A stretch of DNA of 63,746 nucleotides, filler included, from Licmophora abbreviata (GCA_900291995.1; 17 parts of 17 records of this genome joined end to end with filler, not necessarily neighbours in it); one strand, 5' to 3'; positions 22,887-35,620 are shown, counted from the first letter of the whole stretch. The notes: generated by a model from the sequence alone, not told the origin. Made by a program: numbers and translations.

Positions 22887-24020
22887 CTAGTTTCTCGTGT
22901 CTACGGGAGGGTCGAGCTGACGATACCACTCTCCTTCTTGTGATGCAGAGTAGCTGTGCCCTGAGTCGCATAGATGTAGGTAAAGCCCGCCATCGTCGAC
23001 AGTGCCATCCAATGCCACTTGCTTAGGATGGCTTCTCTCCCAGGACTCGCCGGAGCGTCTCGACCCCGCTTGATTTGCTGGCAATGATGATAGTGCGGTA
23101 GCAGTAGTTCTTGGTGAGCAGGCAGAGCAAACTGAGCAGGAGCCGCGGAGACCAAAAGAGTCATACCACTCTAGAAACTCATGCGGCAGCTCCTCGCGGA
23201 CGATTTTATCCGTAACATCGACGATAGAAGTAGCAGACCAGACATTCTCTTTTGAGTCATCTACGCGATACTTGATCCGATAAATGCGATCTGGACTGAA
23301 GGGAAGCTCAGGTGCTCGACGGAAGAAGTCAAAGTTTAAGATGGCGAGCGCGGAGAGTTCTTGTCCGTCCAGACACCCGTCTTTCTCCAGTGTTCGAGCC
23401 ATGAAAGTACCAAACGAAAGTTGTGCAGCTCCACGACGAACCTCGCATTGATGACAGTTCGGATAAGGGCAGGCTCCAGCAGGAAAGACAATCAAGTTTG
23501 ATGGGTCAGAACTTGACATCGGCGGCGCAAACCTTGATGTCGCCGCCCACTCTTGAAATGAGGGAATATCCCCTACTTCCGTGATGACTCCTGATAGATG
23601 GCACCAGGCCCCACTGTGGAGATTGACATTAGTCTCGCATCGTTGCCCTGCACGAGGGATCTTCCCCGTGTAAAGAAAATCTCGACCCTGAATTGGCTCA
23701 CATCGCTTGGCAAAGGAGTCCTTGATAAAGGCCTGACGGATTTCCACCGGAAGACCTGGAGAGATGCTCATAGGGATCGCGTCAGCCTGGATGTGCCATT
23801 GGTAGGGCGCGCGATAGTCGAGATGAGTGTGCAATACGAAAGGTTGGCACGAGACATGACGGAGAATATGCGAAATTCGTGAAAGCGAATATTGGAGAGT
23901 CCAATTCACTTCGTTTCTTACAGATAGACACACACCCCAATAGAAATCTCAGAGAGAACTGCGCAACAAGGAACTTACCTCCGGGATTTCAGGGGTAACG
24001 ACGGCTCTATACGATGCCAT
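22887..24020 (-). CDS. Hypothetical protein with Cys clusters (2 exons)
   Basis: Exon 1 MASYRAVVTPEIPE with a GTAAGT donor; intron 23787-23978 joins in frame to ADAIPMS. Contains CPYPNCHQC and CSVCSAC. Confidence 0.6.
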
Positions 24021-24802
24021 TGGCTTCGACTTCTCATGAAAAAGTGATTTGCAAATCTGTCTTCTGCGCTCTACGCAATCTTGTACTGAGATCTACGTAG
24101 ATGTTGACACGTAGGTCACTACGCAAGCCGCAGTACATATTGATTCACAGATGGATCGGTAGACGAACTTATGGCTTTCGAGAGACGCGTCACTATACTT
24201 AAGTCCTTCATCTCAGTATAGGATTTAGTGGAAAAGCACGTTTCCAACCATGACTAGTAGCTCGTAGGCTCCTTGGCTTAGCTCGAGTAGATCTTCTCTC
24301 AAGAGATGCGAGACGACCAGCTAAAAATAGCTGATGCTGATTACGAGTAGCTCAAAGGACCAAGTTTCTCGTATCATACTATCATAGTTCATTCGTATAG
24401 TGGTGCCAATCAGAAAGGGCGTGTGACCCGCCAATTCAGCTCTACCACGTCTAGTTTTCAAAGCGGCTTTCGCTCTCGTCCTCGCGACTGCATCAACTCT
24501 GTAGCTTAGTTTACATGGCAGTCCCTCTTTGAAACTGTGACCCCCAGCCTGCTGGTTTTGCTAGTGGCGGAATGCTCATCCAGATCTCCTCAAGTGATGG
24601 CAGTGGATGAACAAGATGATCGACAAGACCATGACTCACCTGGAGACGCCTCCAACGTGCCTTGAAGAGGCCTCCTACACAACGTGACCGTGAACCTGGT
24701 TGNNNNNNNNNNNNNNNNNNNNNNNNNNNNNNNNNNNNNNNNNNNNTTAATTAATTAANNNNNNNNNNNNNNNNNNNNNNNNNNNNNNNNNNNNNNNNNN
24801 NN

Positions 24803-26052
24803 GGCCACACTTGCTTCATTGCAGGAATTCTTCGAAAGACGATCTGGAAGCCGACAAAAACTAGAGCGAGTCCCACCAACATCTGTTCACATCCGGAGCA
24901 AGCCCCCGGATTTTCTGAAGGAGGCGAAGCAGAGGACCAAGACTGAAGGTCGACGTCCACCAAGGAGCCACTGTCGACGCTGTTGTCGCTAGTGCAGACA
25001 ACCAGCCTGGCCTTCTCGCCCAGCTCGTCAGTTGGACAAGTGATCGGTGGGCTAATTCTCCCGAAGATGCCGAGGTTTACGAAACTGCGAAGCAATATTG
25101 TAATGAGACCCAGTGACAACAAAAGCCCCAGACTTGCATCCAACCTGGCGTGTCTTATCTGAGACTGACTGTCCCTGGTATAGCGTTCAACTTCAGTGCG
25201 TACTCGAACGGCTTCCTGCTCCGCCATGATGGCATGGTCGTGCTCGTCCAGTGACAGATTTAGAAAGGCAGTAGCGTTCAACTCAAGTTCCTGTTCATGT
25301 ACTTTGTCTGACTGGTACGCATCGTGCAGCTGCTTCTCAACCTCTTTCGCTCCCTCGATTTTCGCTGCGAGCTGGGCGATGTGCTTTTGAACACTTTCTT
25401 CGATGTCTTCGGCATTGTTTTCGTCGTCCATGAGCGTGAGGGCCTTTTTGTCTTCCTCTTCCGCATTCATTGCGAGGGCAGCGGAATGGGCGTCAACGCC
25501 ATCCCAGCCAGATATCCATCTCTTGGCAGCGTCGCACATGGGGATTCGAGGATGTTGATTGCAGAAGATCCCATAGTCTCCTTGAATCCTGGAAATCTCA
25601 CGCAGATAGCCTTGGGCTTTGTCCTCTGCCTCTTGGATCTCTTGTTCATCGATTGCCTCCCGCTGGCGCAGCTTTTCTAGCTCGTGTGAAGCCTTCTGAA
25701 ACAGCGATTGGAACAGCTTCACTCGCGCTTCTGAGCTCTCCCAGGCTTCATCTTCCAGTTCCGTGCGATTCGTCAATTCTGATGCCCTGTGATGCAGAGC
25801 TTCGCCGTGAGCAAGGTGTAGCATAGACCGCAGATTCAAGACGATTGCAACGCGAACCAGGTCCGCTTCTTTTGATGTCAGCTCTCGCTCCATTCTGAGA
25901 TCCGCTGCCCTCGCTTTCAAGTGAGCTCGTGCGGAGTGATCGAAGTGGACCCCGAGAAGGATCAGGAGGGCCAGGATCGCCCACCAAGCCGTGCTGTTGA
26001 AATAAAATGTCAAAGAGAATTTCTCGAACCGGTGTGAGACGTCGATCCGCAA
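24803..26052 (-). CDS. Hypothetical membrane protein with a long coiled coil between TM segments; 3' end lost in the gap, 5' end uncertain
   Basis: TM AWWAILALLILLGV, E/K/Q-rich heptads, then TM LGLLLSLGLITILL; about 415 open codons. Confidence 0.65.
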
Positions 26053-26292
26053 GGCTGATTTTGTCGAAGACCATGATCCATTCAGTCATTATTACCTTCC
26101 TCGGTCAATGCTCATGATGAAAGAAGAGGTTGAACGACGGCTTATCCTAGTGGGAATTGAATCGAAGAGAGAACGTATGATATTCAATTCACNNNNNNNN
26201 NNNNNNNNNNNNNNNNNNNNNNNNNNNNNNNNNNNNTTAATTAATTAANNNNNNNNNNNNNNNNNNNNNNNNNNNNNNNNNNNNNNNNNNNN

Positions 26293-27726
26293 GTTTAATC
26301 CGTTGGCGAGCGGGTCTGTAGTCATGGGATAACGAGCCGCATTCGGAAGTATGTTCATTCGGCTTTCCCAGTCAGCAGCAGCCAATGCGGGATGCTTCTC
26401 CAAGGCCCAATACGCTCTCCAGCGGGCCTCTTCGAGCGATAACTCAACAAACTGGGTACCGTCGGGGGCTTTCACAAGAAAACGGCCAGCTAAGTTATGT
26501 ACCATGTTGACGGCATCCATGGCAAACGTCCCCTTGTTTGATGTGGACGCACTGAGAAACGCCGCTGACATGGATGCAACATGCTGATTAAAGAGCAAGT
26601 TTCCCAAGTGATGCATATGGAGCACGCCATCCTCCCGGGAGCGCCCACAAATGACGTCGTTCTCGTGCACAAGAGCCACCAAGGGACCGCCAAGCTGTCT
26701 GTCATCCGTTTGCAACTGCGTCAATTCTGAACGCGGTGAGTGATGGGGGCCCGCCCTCGGGTTCAGGTAGCCATTCGAAGGTGGACGTGCATTACTGTGG
26801 CTATGTATGTGAGGAAATGTGCTGGATGCAGGCTCGGTCATTCGGTGGCGTGAGTGTTCTGATAAGCCGGGGTGTGACGCCACCGGGGAACGACGAGATT
26901 GCGCAGCCAGCGAATGCCCGTGTTCAGCTGTGGACACGAGACGTACCAGCTTGGTCTTGCCATCAAGTGGCTCTTCTATGTCTCTGTGACGTTTGAAGCG
27001 CATTTTCGGAGGTGGTTGACGCATGGTATTAGGCGCAACATAGCCCTCCCCCCTCCGTGACGATATGTCCTCGGTCCTCGACTTCTTCCTTTTCGCAGCA
27101 GAAGATGACACTCTTCTCCTTGGCTCCGAACCATAGACGTGGCCCGTATTTCGACCAATATCCCGCGTCTCCCGAGTGGGAATTCCGGCAGGAGCGGACG
27201 AGACGCCTACAGGACCCCGAAGAGGTCGTTTGGCATCTGCAGGAATTGCCGCTGGCGTCGTAAAAGTAGCTGTGCTCGTACAGAGAGTCAAGAGAGCTCT
27301 AAATACCAAATCTCGCGCATCATGGGCACCTGTAATGGGACTCCACTGGGCGCCGTTAAAGTCTGCGATCCCCAGTTTTCGTTCATATATGGCACCCTTC
27401 TCGAGAAGCTTGAAAGCGAGTGCCGTGGCGATCTCTGTGCATTCGGAATATCGACCGTCCCGCATGTAGGTGAGGAAAGTTTCCCTATACGATTCAGCGA
27501 CGCCAAGAAACCATTGGTGGCCAACATGAGTCGATGGGCAGAGGCGAGACGAGCCGTCAGCCTGGCTTTCAAAGAACATGTCAAGAGAGATAGGCGATAT
27601 CGCAAGGCCTTCCAGCGGGGAGATGGAATGCCCGACAGGGACATTCGGCGAGACCCCCGACAGTCCTACTGGGAACGAGTGGCTCAGCGACGCCGCGGAC
27701 TGACGAGCCGCTCGTTTATCGCTCAT
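26293..27726 (-). CDS. DUF6824-domain protein (diatom-expanded family), 3' truncated by the gap
   Basis: HENDVICGR...HHLGNLLF...GRFLVK...ELSLEEAR...AL signature. A degenerate second copy may lie near the N-terminus. Confidence 0.75.
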
Positions 27727-28466
27727 TTGAAACACCACACTCCGTATCACACAGCATCAAACAGCCAGACTTTGAGGCTCAATGGATGGAAATCGAGTTC
27801 CGCGTTGTATGGGTAAGGAAGTGAAATCAAGAGGGAAGCACAGTACCATCCACCATAGCGTGCATACCGCATACACCGGTATGAGTCAGATTTACATACC
27901 GGTACCAAACGTTTTACGAATACGATGCGTTGGGGTGAAGCTACATAAAAAACAAGAGTTCAAGGTCACAACGGCGAATCCAGATTGACGATGATACAAA
28001 ATTGGTATACAGCACTGGATGTAAAATCTACAAGAAAAGGCATAGACTTGCGTACTATACTGGCATAGTATGATACCGTCACCAGTGCCGGCAGCTCAAT
28101 GACGTACTCATAGCTGAATCTTAATCAATATTTCTCATTGTAAGAAATATTTTGGTATGCATTCGTAGAGTAATGGTATGATACGGCGTTCACGAGTGCA
28201 CGTCTCCGGTTTTGAAGTTCAAAGTTTTGTTGTGACCAACTTTTTGTGACGGCAACGCATGGCGCGAGGGGGTCGTCTTTCGCTCATCAGCGTCAAAACA
28301 TCAACATCAGTTTCCGTTGACGGTGTTTTCGAACGGTTTCCATCAGTCCATTTTCAAACCGTTCGACTTCCATCATGTCTCGTTTTCGTCTATTCAAACA
28401 CAAAAACCGATCGACGGCTCAAGAGACGTTTGAATCTTCAGTGAAACCGCAGCCGATCGTCATTCG

Positions 28467-30122
28467 ATGCGACGAGGACCCATTCGAAACAGCAAGGTAC
28501 ACAAGAAACAACGCTCCGTCATGGCTCTTTCGATGCCGCCTTTCATCTCCACGATCGTGCTCTGTTTGAGCCTCGTTGTCGCTGGAGGGCTCTATTCGAC
28601 GCTCTCGGCGCTCGTCCAATGTCCGAACATCGACAGCCCAGGTCCCGACAAGCTGTTGGACCACTTCTCCACCACCGGCCGTCCCGTCAATCAACTCTAC
28701 CCGAAAACCTCTCCCCAGAACTCCATCTTTCAGCTCAGCATGCCCATCGACGTGCTCAAACCAGACGTCCTGGAAGATGATGATCTCATTGGGAAAACAT
28801 GTCGCTTTCAGAAACACTCTCGCGACTGGAAGTGTCGTGACTGCGGCTTGGAGGGTCTTTACTCGGACTGGAACGACTGCCCTGTTCTGAAACGCACGCA
28901 CATGTGCGGTGATTTGACAAACAACAATGATTACGATATGCCGCAGCCACGCAAGTACACATATCTGGACCCTCTTTCTACGGAGACGCGCAACGTCATC
29001 AGTCACTATATCCAAGAGTCGAAGCATTTCGAGCAGATTGCATGCGACGAACATATCGAAGACTGTTGGGATTTCACCAAGTGCCCGACGGATAGCCCCA
29101 TGGCGGTCTATGTACATCACAATGGTGTCGACGTGCAGAAGAACAAGGCCAAGCGATACGTGGATCTGGCTTCCGAAAGATACCCTGGTGCCTTTCAGGT
29201 AGTGACGGATCCGACGGAGGCTTGCCTGTTGGTCGTGGCCTGCGATGCATACCAGAATTTCACAGAGCTCCAAACGTCGCCCGTTTGGAGAGAGGGGCGC
29301 AACCATCTGATCTGGGAGGCGAATCGTTGCTTTGACACGCTTGCCGATCGCCCGTACGACTATAGATCAGGAGTCCACTACGCCCGCGCCTCGCTTGCCA
29401 GCTCTAGCTTGATGGATGCCAACATACGGAAGGGATACGACATCGCCCTGGCCCGCACCAAGTCCTTTCTCGTTTCCAACGAGACCTACTCGACAGTTCT
29501 GGACACCATGGGACAGAAGCGTCACTGGCTAGTCGCCTTCAAGGGCAACGTCTACACCGACTGGTCTCACATCTGGTGGACTCATCGTTGGATGGCTGCC
29601 GAGTACTGGGGAAAGGACGACCCAGAGGTCGCGATCGATGTGACTTGCGACATCAAGCCCAACTATACGGACGAGTATGACTACCTGAGTTTGCTGACGA
29701 ATTCTACATTTGCTTTTTGTCCTGGAGGTGGAGCGACACAAAGCTTTCGATTCGGGGAGGCTCTAGGGCTGGGGGCGATCCCGGTCACGACCCCGGACCT
29801 ACTACCTCCCTTCGCATACGATCTGGACTGGTCTGGATGCGTTGTGAAGGTCAGCGAAGGTCGCATTCCAGATCTTCCTCGAATCTTGCGGCAGATGCCA
29901 CGAGAAGAGATCATGCAGAGACAGCAACGATGCAAAGAGTTGTTCGAAAAGACAGTTGGTTGGCGCCCTTTGTCTGGCGAATGGAAGATCGACACTGACC
30001 GAACTCTCTTCATGACCTCTCTGAAGGTTTGGGCGTGGCGAATTGCCAAGTATCATGCGACAAAGAAGATGCAGAGTGATTTTGAAGATAGCCTTTTTAC
30101 GGTCTCGAAGGATGTTGTGTGA
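28467..30122 (+). CDS. GT47 exostosin-like glycosyltransferase
   Basis: N-terminal TM, VTDPTEACLLV, WREGRNHLI, GYDIAL, AFKG, NSTFAFCPGG, SFRFGEALGLGAIPV, LPPFAYDLDW. The start may be 28375 if there is a frameshift. Confidence 0.9.
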   Translation: MRRGPIRNSKVHKKQRSVMALSMPPFISTIVLCLSLVVAGGLYSTLSALVQCPNIDSPGPDKLLDHFSTTGRPVNQLYPKTSPQNSIFQLSMPIDVLKPDVLEDDDLIGKTCRFQKHSRDWKCRDCGLEGLYSDWNDCPVLKRTHMCGDLTNNNDYDMPQPRKYTYLDPLSTETRNVISHYIQESKHFEQIACDEHIEDCWDFTKCPTDSPMAVYVHHNGVDVQKNKAKRYVDLASERYPGAFQVVTDPTEACLLVVACDAYQNFTELQTSPVWREGRNHLIWEANRCFDTLADRPYDYRSGVHYARASLASSSLMDANIRKGYDIALARTKSFLVSNETYSTVLDTMGQKRHWLVAFKGNVYTDWSHIWWTHRWMAAEYWGKDDPEVAIDVTCDIKPNYTDEYDYLSLLTNSTFAFCPGGGATQSFRFGEALGLGAIPVTTPDLLPPFAYDLDWSGCVVKVSEGRIPDLPRILRQMPREEIMQRQQRCKELFEKTVGWRPLSGEWKIDTDRTLFMTSLKVWAWRIAKYHATKKMQSDFEDSLFTVSKDVV

Positions 30123-30513
30123 GAGTCGGTAGAGAGAGTGGTTTGGGATCAGAGGCAGATTTGGAGAGTTAGTTGATAAGAAATACAGTACGTAGGTTAG
30201 CTGACGACGAATGACACTGACCAACACTAGACTAGACGAGGCCTGACGAAGGCCATGTGCTAGCACTGGCATAGTTATTGTTCCACACAAGACACTACGG
30301 ATCAAAAGACCCTTCCTGGACGAAAAACCGTCGACATGCGCAACCGCATCGCTGGGAGATGACTGGCACGATGCGTCTGCCCAGCGACCGGCGAATGGCG
30401 ACCCAAGATTTCAAGACGCAGACTGTGACTCTAGACAGACGACATCGACGACATCAGACCTTGAACCTTTGGTGATACAACGAAACACACAGCATAGTCT
30501 CTACCACTTCTAG

Positions 30514-30879
30514 ATGCCTAATTTGTCCACTCCTTTCACCCAAAAGAAAGATGCGGCGTCGCGCCGTCGAATGAAGTCGCAACTGATGCAAGAACAACTC
30601 GAGACGCAAGAATCCGTGGTGTCAAGGGGGGCCAAGGAAGCGCGCATCATGGGGTCGTCGAGATTCGCCCCAGAAGAACTCTCCGTACGACCAAAGACAG
30701 TGGTCAAGGGGCGACATGAATGGCATGTTTACATTGATAGTCCGGGAGGTCATGGTCCGAGACTGGAAATTGTTCCAGGAATTGATCAACGGGACGACGG
30801 CAGGAAGGCGACTGCGGATAGCTCAGACGGCGACGTTACTCCCAGTCTTCATGACAATCTCGACAAGCTGGACCGCTAG
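30514..30879 (+). CDS. Small hypothetical protein
   Basis: 121-aa ATG-initiated ORF between genes; no recognised motif. Confidence 0.35.
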   Translation: MPNLSTPFTQKKDAASRRRMKSQLMQEQLETQESVVSRGAKEARIMGSSRFAPEELSVRPKTVVKGRHEWHVYIDSPGGHGPRLEIVPGIDQRDDGRKATADSSDGDVTPSLHDNLDKLDR

Positions 30880-31014
30880 GCCCTGGACCTTTGTAGCTGT
30901 ATGACTTATATAACNNNNNNNNNNNNNNNNNNNNNNNNNNNNNNNNNNNNNNNNNNNNTTAATTAATTAANNNNNNNNNNNNNNNNNNNNNNNNNNNNNN
31001 NNNNNNNNNNNNNN

Positions 31015-33027
31015 GGACCTGGGACAGGGTTTACCCATCGCTTCCTGGTCTCCACGACCAGCTCGTCTTTGGGTCTGGACAGCGGCGACGCGTCATCTTT
31101 CGAAGCTAGAACGGTACCGACAGCGTCGCCTGTACTCGATGCGGGACGAGCAAGTGGCGGCTGCGGTGAGATCGGAGCCGCCAATCCGTCATCGTCGTCC
31201 AGCATGTCCAAATCGTCGTCCCAGCCATCTTGAACAATCTCCTCCTCCGCATCTTCATCACTTTGCGCAGGCGACGGTCGCGGCAGACTCATGCGTGCAC
31301 TCGTTCCATCACTGACTGGAGCCCGAGTCGACACTCCCTCTGCGGGAGGAGCCTCTCGCCTGTACAGTTGAAGAGGTTCCTCCCGCGACTGCCCCAACGC
31401 AATTGGCTCGTCTTCTGTCCGATACAGCTGGGGAGCCCGCGGAGCAGACACTGGCTCTTTCATTCCATATAGCACTGGAGCATTATTTTCTGAGTGCCGC
31501 GGTATTTCAGTTCGATACAATGTGGGGGTACTCTCTACTCTCTCCTCGTCCGGCAAAGTAACGGATTGTGCCAACCGACTCCACCCGGATCGCAGCAATC
31601 CGCCCAGAATTGGCACCGGACGAGATTGCCCCTGCTGCAGCTGCGTGGATTGTTCCACCGCACCCGAAGGAGCCGGCATATCAGATTGTTGTTGCGGTGG
31701 TTGGGTTTCACTACTGAGTTCCGAGGCTGCAAGGATCTGATCGGTGGATGGCAAGACACTACGCAAGAATTCGACCTTGTGACTGACGTTGACCACCGCG
31801 TCCATTTGTTGCAATGCCGACGCCATGCCCACATTGGTAGCCTGCACAAACTGTTGCGTGGAGGACAATTTCATCAAAAATGCATCGCGCATACCATCCG
31901 ACGTTTGTCCTTCCTCGTGTTGCGGAAGAAGGTCTTCCACAAGCGGAAGCAAGAAGGTTGCCGTCTCTTGGAGCATCGTTGGACTGACGTCGTCCAATAG
32001 CTCCACTCGTTCCAAGTGATAGCGCAACGACGGTGTATGCGGCGCAAAGTCGACCGTCACGTGCAATTGCGCGACATCGATGCGATCGAGCGTGGAATGG
32101 GGAAGCGACAAGCGCAAGTCGCATGCGCANNNNNNNNNNNNNNNNNNNNNNNNNNNNNNNNNNNNNNNNNNNNTTAATTAATTAANNNNNNNNNNNNNNN
32201 NNNNNNNNNNNNNNNNNNNNNNNNNNNNNCGACAAGCGCAAGTCGCATGCGCAGTGCACTTGCTGCGGCAGAATGGAGAAGCGACAGTGCGTGGCCACGG
32301 CAGTGGCCATGTACTGCGGTCGCACCAAGGCATCGGGTCCCGTCAGTACAGCCAGGACGTCGGCCAAAAGTGACTGGTTGGCACATCGGATCAAGAGCAA
32401 GGCGTCGGGTTGTGTGGTTTGCTCCAGGATACGTTTGACCTTGTCCTTGTCTTGAAGATGGGTGCCGTCGGGGAGTCGAATTTCATAGTCCATGCGATCG
32501 AGTTCCGTGTCGAGCGTGTAGTTGTAGAGGGCAGGTCGGTTGTGGTAGTAGGATGCAAGTTCGAGTGCATGGTGGTAGGTATTGTATTCGGCTTCCAAGA
32601 CGGCGTTCAAGGAGGGTAGCAGGAGGGGGAGAGAGTGCATGTAGCTCTGCAAGGTCTGAAAGAGTTGTAGTTCTTGGTCATTTAGGGGCTCTGCGCTGCT
32701 CATTCTGGACGTGTCTAGTACATCAATGTCGTCGTCGTCAAAGTCCCAGTCATCTTTGGTCGCAGCGACATCACTAGGAGCTTCCTTTTTACTGTCGTTG
32801 CTGTGGCTGGCGTCATCCTTGTCGGTCCTTGAGGGATGCTCTGTGGATGGCGCCGCTTCTGTCGAGGCTTTGAAACTTTCGTCGTCAAAATCCAAATCCT
32901 CGTCCCAGCCATCGTCTAGCGACATGGCGGAGGAAGACTGTGGTGGAGTGCTCGGCAGCGACGGCCACTGTGTGACGATTGACGGCGTGTTGTTCTTGTT
33001 GTTCTTGCTGTTCTTGTGTCTGGCCAT
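31015..33027 (-). CDS. Hypothetical acidic protein split by the linker at 32130-32229, 3' truncated
   Basis: CGACAAGCGCAAGTCGCATGCGCA is duplicated across the gap, giving one continuous frame (CACDLRLSLPH). Contains DDGWDED/DDWDF/DGWDDD motifs. Confidence 0.75.
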
Positions 33028-33266
33028 CTTTCCTTTTTGCTGTTGAGCAGGACGGACGGCCGACCAACTTCAAACTTTGAAACTCCGATGTTCATCACCA
33101 GTAACTCCGAGGAATGAATCTTTCTACACATCTTCTCTACTCAAGCACACGTATGTCCAACTCAGTACAAAATCCCGTAGGAACACGGAAAACTGCACAG
33201 AGCACCAAAATCCACACAACCCCCCAAAATCAAAAAATCAACAGCGGCGAGTGCCTGTCCTGTACC

Positions 33267-35379
33267 ATGACCGTTCTTATGCAGCTCTCCTCAGCCGCCC
33301 TTCTCTTGGGATGCATTCTCACTCAAGTAAATGGCAATGGAAATGCTATTGTTGTGCCGTCCTTTTCGATTTCGGACTTGCAAACGGGCCGTCGCGGACA
33401 AGACCTGACTCGAGCGCTCACCACCACGGGCCTAATTGCCGTAACGCTTGACCCACAACACGACGGAAATTCATCATCTTCCCTCAAACTGAACCGTCAT
33501 GTCGCACTCGAAGGTCTCTGTCACTGTCGTCATCATCTCGAAGCATTGGCGTCAACACAACTAGAAGAAACTTCCATGGAAACTACGACTCTGGGCGATG
33601 GACAGACGACGCGTACCACACTCGCAACGGCCACCGTCGGAACCACGCCCCTGCCCCTCTTTGACCATGCTCCCCTTCAGGATGCGTGTGGACCAGACAC
33701 CCTGCAGGCCATGGAAGAGCTGCGGGATCACTTGGCGACGGCCGCGGAAGCCTTCACGCTAGGCCTCGATCGACTCCTACTACGTTCGGAAGGACCAGGA
33801 GCTCATCCTCCTATTCTCAAGACTCACCATGGTGTCCGATACTCCTCCGTCCAGGATATTGTCGACGCCTCCACGCATCTCGAACACTTTCATGTCTACA
33901 CCAAGAAGGACAACGACAAAAACATGGATGCTACTACAACACAAGATACTCTTCCGCTCCACACGGATGCGGGACTCTTTCTCGCCTTTGTCCCCGCCCA
34001 CCACTGCGACGACCAACACCACGATCCATCCTTTTTTATCCAACCAGGAAGCAACCCACAGCAGCAAAATAGGCCTGTCGTCTTTCCACCCAATAGCATT
34101 GCCATCATGCTAGGAGCTGGAGCGGAACAGTGGTTGGACACGCCGCAGCTGCCTTTGCGGGCCACCCGGCATGCCGTTCGCATGGAACCTGGCACTGTGC
34201 GAGCCTGGTATGGAATGAGTACGTTGAAAAAATAGTACTTCTTTTATACATTCAATGCGCGTAACATGATAACGACTGACTCGCCATTTTGTCACTCTCC
34301 CTTTTTGTTTTACAGTGCACCTGGTCCCGGAGAGTGCCATCATCCAACACCATCCCAAGGAGCGTACGTTTGGAGACATGAAAAAGTCCATGGCTCTCCT
34401 GTCGTCTGTTGGAAGCAAGGACAACGACGAAACTTCCACTCAAGACGACATTTCCATTGGATGTGGCATGGTCAATGACATGTCAGAGTCATTCGATACC
34501 ATGTCAGTGAAGCCAGCATCTCCTCGTCGCCGTCGCTTGCAGCATGTCCAAGACCCCAGTGCTTGCAACAACAGCACCAACTTCTTTTGCTGGATGCAGT
34601 GCCTTGACATTCCGAATCACCAACAAGCGGTTGGCTACATAACGGAAGGCTATTCCCTGTACTGTCTGGATCCCGCGATCCTCGCCGCCTCGGGCAATCG
34701 AGTCTCCGAGGCGACGGGACCATGCGAGAATGGATCGGTGCACAACGCCAACTGCCTTGGATCGTGGCAGCCGACGGCTCCGGGTCTGTACTCACAGCAA
34801 GTTGACGTGGAAACACCTTCCGTCGAAGAGCAGTTCTGCTACGGAGGCACTTCCATGTACATGGACGGATTCCACTGGTTGGATTCAACCTGCGTCATTC
34901 TTCTCTTTCCCGCATGGGTCTTGTCTTCCGGCGGACGACTTGCGGTCGCATGTCTCGGCATGCTGGCGTTCGGAGTTGCCCTGGAGCTCGTCATCCGTCA
35001 GCGCCGAACGCACATCTCTTCCATGGCGGCGGGCTACAAGCGGTTGATGGCGTCGGGCGTCTCCTATGGCGTCCAACTGACCATGGGATACTTTCTCATG
35101 TTGGCTGTCATGACATACTCCGGGCCACTCTTCTTGTGCTCGGTCTTTGGCCTTGTCTTTGGACATGTCATGTTCAACGCAAGGGATGCCCTCCTTCTGA
35201 GGAAACAAGAGGAAGAAGAAACGACGGAACGAAACAAGTTGGAAGAATCATCTGAGGAGCTGGGAGCCGCCAGGCGTACCACGAGTGCTTGTTGTGGGGA
35301 TTCGGGCTACTCGAAGGTTCGTGCGTCCACCTCCAGCGTCCCGGAAGGAAGCACGCCGTGCTGTCAGCACACTTTGTAG
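33267..35379 (+). CDS. Fusion protein: signal peptide + 2OG-Fe(II)-dioxygenase-like domain + Cys-rich module + Ctr copper transporter
   Basis: Intron 34219-34315 (GTACGT...CAG) gives RAWYGMMHLVP. HTD at 33960 and distal His at 34170; Ctr motifs TSMYMDGF, LLFPAW, GYFLMLAVMTY (MxxxM), GLVFG (GxxxG) and a CC-containing tail. Confidence 0.85.
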
Positions 35380-35620
35380 AATGAATCATCGGATGAGGAC
35401 GAGAGTTGCGAGTACCATTAGTAAACTACTTGGTACACAGTACGGGTAGGAAAAGAAGAATAGACGTTGCATGTTAATAATAACTGTGTAAATCAATAAC
35501 TAAGATTTATCAAATGCATTTCTACCTTGCACAGCTTGCAGCGAGTCACTGTGAGCTACTGGTACGACATGTACGCACAGCTAGTAGAAGTATCAATACG
35601 AAACCAGCTTCCTGATGAAG

